Source: Thermoplasmata archaeon
Lineage (GTDB): Archaea; Thermoplasmatota; Thermoplasmata; UBA10834
Assembly: GCA_025457815.1 (NCBI GenBank)
Contig: JALOTQ010000001.1
Location: forward strand, 17-64,016
Direction: 5' to 3'
Length of the DNA stretch: 64,000 nucleotides
A model generated the notes under the pieces. It saw nothing but the letters and a program-made list of their open reading frames with translations. It was not told where the DNA came from and did no database searches. Of the stretch, positions 60,475 to 64,000 are shown piece by piece. Made by a program: the position numbers and the translations under genes. Each line of letters begins with the position of its first letter. Position 1 is the stretch's first letter.

Positions 60475-61070
60475 GAGTATCGATCATGGACTACGGCGTT
60501 GGGAACCTGTACAGCATAGCCAAAGGGCTGGAGCGTTCGGGCGGCGAAATCGAGATAGTCACCGACCCGAGGGCGCTAGCCAGGAGCGAAGCTATTGTCT
60601 TCCCGGGCGTCGGGGCCTTCGGGGCGGCCATGGATGTGCTCCGGCCAGTTCGTGAGGAGTTGAGGCGTGCGATTGCGGAGGGCGTGCCGACTCTAGGGAT
60701 ATGCCTGGGCATGCAGATACTGTTCGAGAGCAGCGAGGAGTCTCCTGGCACCGGCCTGGGAGTTTTCGGCGGGCGGGTCACGAAGCTCCTCAGCGGCAGA
60801 GTCCCGCAGATGGGCTGGAACGATGTCAAATCCTCAGACGACCCGCTGTTCGACGGGATCCCTCAAGGCTCGAAGTTCTATTATGCGAACTCGTACATCT
60901 GCCAGCCAACAGAGAAGGTCGCGGTCGCCGAGACGGAATACGGGCAGAGGTTCGCTGCAGCGGTCAGGAAGAACACGCTGTGCGGAGTCCAGTTCCACCC
61001 CGAGAAGAGCGGCCCGCCAGGTCTGAAGCTACTGAAAAACTTCGTGGCGCTCGCGGAGGGGAATCAATGA
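60471..61070 (+). CDS. hisH: Imidazole glycerol phosphate synthase, glutamine amidotransferase subunit
   Basis: MRVSIMDYGVGNLYSI, catalytic Cys in GICLGMQ, HPEKS. ATGA overlap with hisC. The ORF-track start 60291 is over-extended. Confidence 0.85.
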   Translation: MRVSIMDYGVGNLYSIAKGLERSGGEIEIVTDPRALARSEAIVFPGVGAFGAAMDVLRPVREELRRAIAEGVPTLGICLGMQILFESSEESPGTGLGVFGGRVTKLLSGRVPQMGWNDVKSSDDPLFDGIPQGSKFYYANSYICQPTEKVAVAETEYGQRFAAAVRKNTLCGVQFHPEKSGPPGLKLLKNFVALAEGNQ

Positions 61071-61777
61071 AGGTAATTCCGGCAGTCGATGTCAAGGACG
61101 GGAAATGCGTGCAACTGGTCGGAGGAAAGCCGGGCACGGAGAAGGTATCGATCGATGATGTCGACGGGGTCGCTAGAAAGTGGCAGGCGGAAGGAGCGGA
61201 GATGGTACACATCATTGACCTCGACTCTGCGCTGGGAACCGGCAATAACGAGTGTCTCATCGAAGCGCTCGCGGCGTCCCTGACAATACCCGTCCAAGTG
61301 GGCGGAGGCGTGAGGACTGAGGAGAAGGTCGAGCGGCTCTTTGAGATGGGCTGCGAGCGGGTGATCGTTGGCACCAGGGCGATCCAGGACAGGCAGTTCA
61401 TCGAGAGGGTTGCAGCTGACTACCCGGACGGGATCGTGGTGGCAATCGATTCCGCAGAGGACCAGGTGCTCATCAAGGGCTGGCAGGAGAGTTCGGGCAA
61501 ACCGCTACTCGATGTCGTCCGTGACCTCGAGAACCTCCCCATATTCGGTTTCCTGTACACGAACGTGGATGTCGAGGGCAGGCTGGAGGGCATCAACCCG
61601 GACCCCATCAAGGCCTTGATGACGGGCACCAAGAAACCCGTCATAGTCTCCGGGGGGATAACGACCCTGGGAGACCTCGACGCACTTCAGAAGATGGGGG
61701 CGCATTCCGCGGTCGTCGGTATGGCGATATACACTGGTCGGATAGATTTCAAGAAAGCAGTGAGGATGTTCACATGA
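61067..61777 (+). CDS. hisA: ProFAR isomerase (1-(5-phosphoribosyl)-5-[(5-phosphoribosylamino)methylideneamino]imidazole-4-carboxamide isomerase)
   Basis: MKVIPAVDVKDGKCVQL..., (beta/alpha)8 HisA. ATGA overlap with hisH. The ORF-track start 60701 is over-extended. Confidence 0.85.
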   Translation: MKVIPAVDVKDGKCVQLVGGKPGTEKVSIDDVDGVARKWQAEGAEMVHIIDLDSALGTGNNECLIEALAASLTIPVQVGGGVRTEEKVERLFEMGCERVIVGTRAIQDRQFIERVAADYPDGIVVAIDSAEDQVLIKGWQESSGKPLLDVVRDLENLPIFGFLYTNVDVEGRLEGINPDPIKALMTGTKKPVIVSGGITTLGDLDALQKMGAHSAVVGMAIYTGRIDFKKAVRMFT

Positions 61778-62346
61778 GCCGAAAAGGATCGACCGGGGGC
61801 CGCAAGAAGGAGCTGGGGAGGAGAACGAGGGAGACGGAGATAGTGGTGAAGCTCGACCTCGACGGCTCGGGAACCTACAAGTGCGACATTCCCGACGAGT
61901 TCCTTAGGCACATGGTCGAGACGCTCGCCAGATACTCTGGCGCGGACATCGAGATAGCGGCGAAGGGAGACATCGCACACCACTTGATCGAGGATGTCGC
62001 GATCGCCCTTGGAAAGACCTTCCGCGAAGCGCTCGGGGAAACGACCGTGCAACGTATCGGAAGCGCGGTCGTGCCGATGGACGACGCGCTCGTGCAGGTG
62101 TCAGTGGATTTGATCGACCGACCGTTCGTGCACATCGAGGTCCCCAACCTGATGTACGAGCACTTCCTCAGGTCGTTCGCAATGGAGCTGAAGGCCACCG
62201 TGCACACCGTCGTGCTCCGTGGAAAGGATGAGCACCACATCGTCGAAGCCACGTTCAAGGCGCTCGGGCTCGCCCTCAAGGAGGCCATGGCCAGGTCGGG
62301 CAAGACGATGTCCACGAAGTCCAAGGTCGAGTGGAGGAAAGCCTGA
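61774..62346 (+). CDS. hisB: Imidazoleglycerol-phosphate dehydratase (monofunctional)
   Basis: RETEIVVKLDLDGSG, HHLIEDVAIALG, PMDDAL motifs. No fused phosphatase domain. ATGA overlap with hisA. Confidence 0.85.
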   Translation: MSRKGSTGGRKKELGRRTRETEIVVKLDLDGSGTYKCDIPDEFLRHMVETLARYSGADIEIAAKGDIAHHLIEDVAIALGKTFREALGETTVQRIGSAVVPMDDALVQVSVDLIDRPFVHIEVPNLMYEHFLRSFAMELKATVHTVVLRGKDEHHIVEATFKALGLALKEAMARSGKTMSTKSKVEWRKA

Positions 62347-63116
62347 TGCCTCTGACCAAGAGGATCATACCCTGCTTGGACGTGAGAGAGGGCGTCGTCG
62401 TGAAGGGTGTGTGCTTCAAGGACCTCAGGAAGGTCGGAGATCCTCCCACCCTTGCCGTTGAGTACCAGGACCAGGGGGCAGACGAGATAGTCTTCCTCGA
62501 CGTGAAGGCGACCGTGGCAGGCCAGAGGACGCTCCACGAAGCCGTCCGGAAGACCGCGGAAACGCTGTTCATACCCTTGACCGTGGGCGGCGGGATACGG
62601 TCCTTCAAGGACGTCCGGGACACGCTCAAGGCGGGCGCGGACAAGACATCGATCAACACCGCCGCCGTCCAGAACCCCGGGCTTATCACGGAGTGTGCGG
62701 ACGCCTTTGGGAGCCAATGCGTCGTGCTGGCCCTCGACGCGAAGCGGAAGGGAGACAGCTGGGAGGTCTACTCCCACTCCGGAACCACCCCGGCGGGGCT
62801 CGACGCGGTCGATTGGGCGAAGGACGCGTGCGACCGGGGGGCGGGCGAGATACTGCTCACTAGCATCGACGCGGACGGGACGAAGGCGGGCTATGACGTC
62901 GAGCTCACGAGGAGCGTGGTCAGAGCCGTCAATGTGCCAGTGATAGCGTCCGGTGGCTGCGGGACCATCGATCACATCGTCGAAGTCCTGACCAAGGGCG
63001 AGGCGGATGCGGCCCTGGCTGCTTCGATATTCCACTACGGTGAGCACACCGTTGCGGACGTGAAGAAGATCCTCGAATCAAAAGGCGTTCTGATACGGAA
63101 GGACGTGGGAATGTGA
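62346..63116 (+). CDS. hisF: Imidazole glycerol phosphate synthase cyclase subunit
   Basis: MPLTKRIIPCLDV..., (beta/alpha)8 HisF. The start overlaps the hisB stop (TGATG). Confidence 0.9.
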   Translation: MPLTKRIIPCLDVREGVVVKGVCFKDLRKVGDPPTLAVEYQDQGADEIVFLDVKATVAGQRTLHEAVRKTAETLFIPLTVGGGIRSFKDVRDTLKAGADKTSINTAAVQNPGLITECADAFGSQCVVLALDAKRKGDSWEVYSHSGTTPAGLDAVDWAKDACDRGAGEILLTSIDADGTKAGYDVELTRSVVRAVNVPVIASGGCGTIDHIVEVLTKGEADAALAASIFHYGEHTVADVKKILESKGVLIRKDVGM

Positions 63117-63691
63117 GCGGGAAGCAGGAATTGACACCGGTGGTTGTGCAGGACGCGAAGAACAACAACGTGCTCATGCTCGCGTACATGAACCAGGAGG
63201 CTATGGACCTCACTAAGAAAACCGGGTACATGCACTACTGGAGCAGGTCGAGGAACGCCATATGGAAGAAGGGTGAGACTTCGGGCAACTTCCAGAAATG
63301 CATAGAGCTGATGACCGATTGCGATGGAGACGCCTTTCTGGCGAGGGTGGAGCAGACCGGGGTCGCATGCCACACCGGACAGTACTCGTGCTTCAGCAAG
63401 GATCCGATCCCGCCCAACGACATCGTAAGGGCTCTATGGCGTGTGTTCGAGGAGAGGAAGGAGACTCAGGAGGGTTCCTCATACACCGTGAAGCTCCTGA
63501 GGAACCGCAACTACCTCTTGAAGAAGATAGCCGAGGAGAGCTCGGAGGTCATCATCGCCGCGAAGGACAAGTCGAGGAAGGAGGTAGTGTACGAGGCGGG
63601 CGACCTGATGTACCACCTGATGGTCCTGCTGTTCGATGAGAACATAACCATGGACGACATCTACGGGGAACTGGAGGCACGGAGAAAATGA
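63113..63691 (+). CDS. hisI: Bifunctional phosphoribosyl-AMP cyclohydrolase / phosphoribosyl-ATP pyrophosphatase
   Basis: HisI (WSRSRNAIWKKGETSGNFQ...CHTGQYSCF) fused to HisE (EEAGELMYHLMVLL). GTG start overlapping the hisF stop. Confidence 0.85.
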   Translation: MSGKQELTPVVVQDAKNNNVLMLAYMNQEAMDLTKKTGYMHYWSRSRNAIWKKGETSGNFQKCIELMTDCDGDAFLARVEQTGVACHTGQYSCFSKDPIPPNDIVRALWRVFEERKETQEGSSYTVKLLRNRNYLLKKIAEESSEVIIAAKDKSRKEVVYEAGDLMYHLMVLLFDENITMDDIYGELEARRK

Positions 63692-64000
63692 GGGCAAGGA
63701 GATGCGACTTCCACATGCACTCGCTGTTCAGTGACGGCGAGCTGCTGCCGATGGAGCTCATAAGGAGGGCCGCGGCGGCAGACCACAGGGCGATAGCGAT
63801 CACGGACCACGCGTCATTCTCCAACCTGGAGCATGTCATCAAGAGCGTCGCGATGGACTGCAAGAAGTCCAATGCGTGGGGCATCGAGGCGATACCTGGC
63901 GTCGAACTGACCCACGTTCCAGTAAGGTACATCGACGACGCGGTCAGGAAATCGAGGAAGGCAGGGGCCGAACTCATCGTGATTCACGGCGAAACTCCTG
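63688..64000 (+). CDS. PHP-domain phosphoesterase, probable histidinol-phosphatase (HisJ/HisK type), 3'-truncated by the window edge
   Basis: CDFHMHSLFSDG...AIAITDHA is a PHP metal-binding motif. ATGA overlap with hisIE. The position completes the his operon. Confidence 0.65.
   Translation, partial: MRARRCDFHMHSLFSDGELLPMELIRRAAAADHRAIAITDHASFSNLEHVIKSVAMDCKKSNAWGIEAIPGVELTHVPVRYIDDAVRKSRKAGAELIVIHGETP

Overview
High-GC (~60%) archaeal chromosomal segment, probably a euryarchaeon. Archaeal markers are Elp3, aTrm56, Sec61-beta, Cdc48, an Lhr-type helicase, RlmE, an HdrA-MvhD fusion and TATA-like boxes ~30-60 nt upstream of several starts. The window is mostly housekeeping and central metabolism: (1) a complete translationally coupled histidine operon hisG-D-C-H-A-B-F-IE plus a PHP-type phosphatase (57.2-64 kb); (2) a fused-gamma/delta pyruvate/2-oxoacid:ferredoxin oxidoreductase operon porGD-A-B (49.3-52.2 kb); (3) a LeuA-family synthase / LeuC-like / LeuD-like / E. 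coli-type NADP isocitrate dehydrogenase cluster (14.3-18.6 kb) that looks more like a Re-citrate-synthase oxidative TCA branch than leucine biosynthesis; (4) a thiol/peroxide defence neighbourhood (thioredoxin reductase, Bcp-type peroxiredoxin, AhpD-like CMD protein, thioredoxin, OsmC) interleaved with two tRNA genes (Met-CAT, Asn-GTT); (5) two ABC transporters with divergent regulators, one with a perfect 14-bp palindromic operator candidate; (6) Cdc48, class II LysRS, Elp3, enolase, PurM, RlmE, an Lhr helicase, an NhaP antiporter, an S9 peptidase and a secreted C11 peptidase. The least explained content is: an 816-aa Zn-ribbon/HhH/long coiled-coil/KaiC-like ATPase with a degenerate Walker A; a coupled pair of giant TPR proteins (Zn-ribbon N-terminus, SAP-like C-terminus); two PRC-barrel proteins; and a triad of small wHTH/unknown genes. 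Three small genes missed by the >=60-aa ORF track were found by eye (Sec61-beta, a 55-aa ORF, a CxxC..CxxC zinc-ribbon protein). No CRISPR array, transposase or integrase was seen. Many ORF-track starts are over-extended and corrected starts are proposed. I did not recognise a clear-cut defence system; the candidates above are flagged for follow-up.
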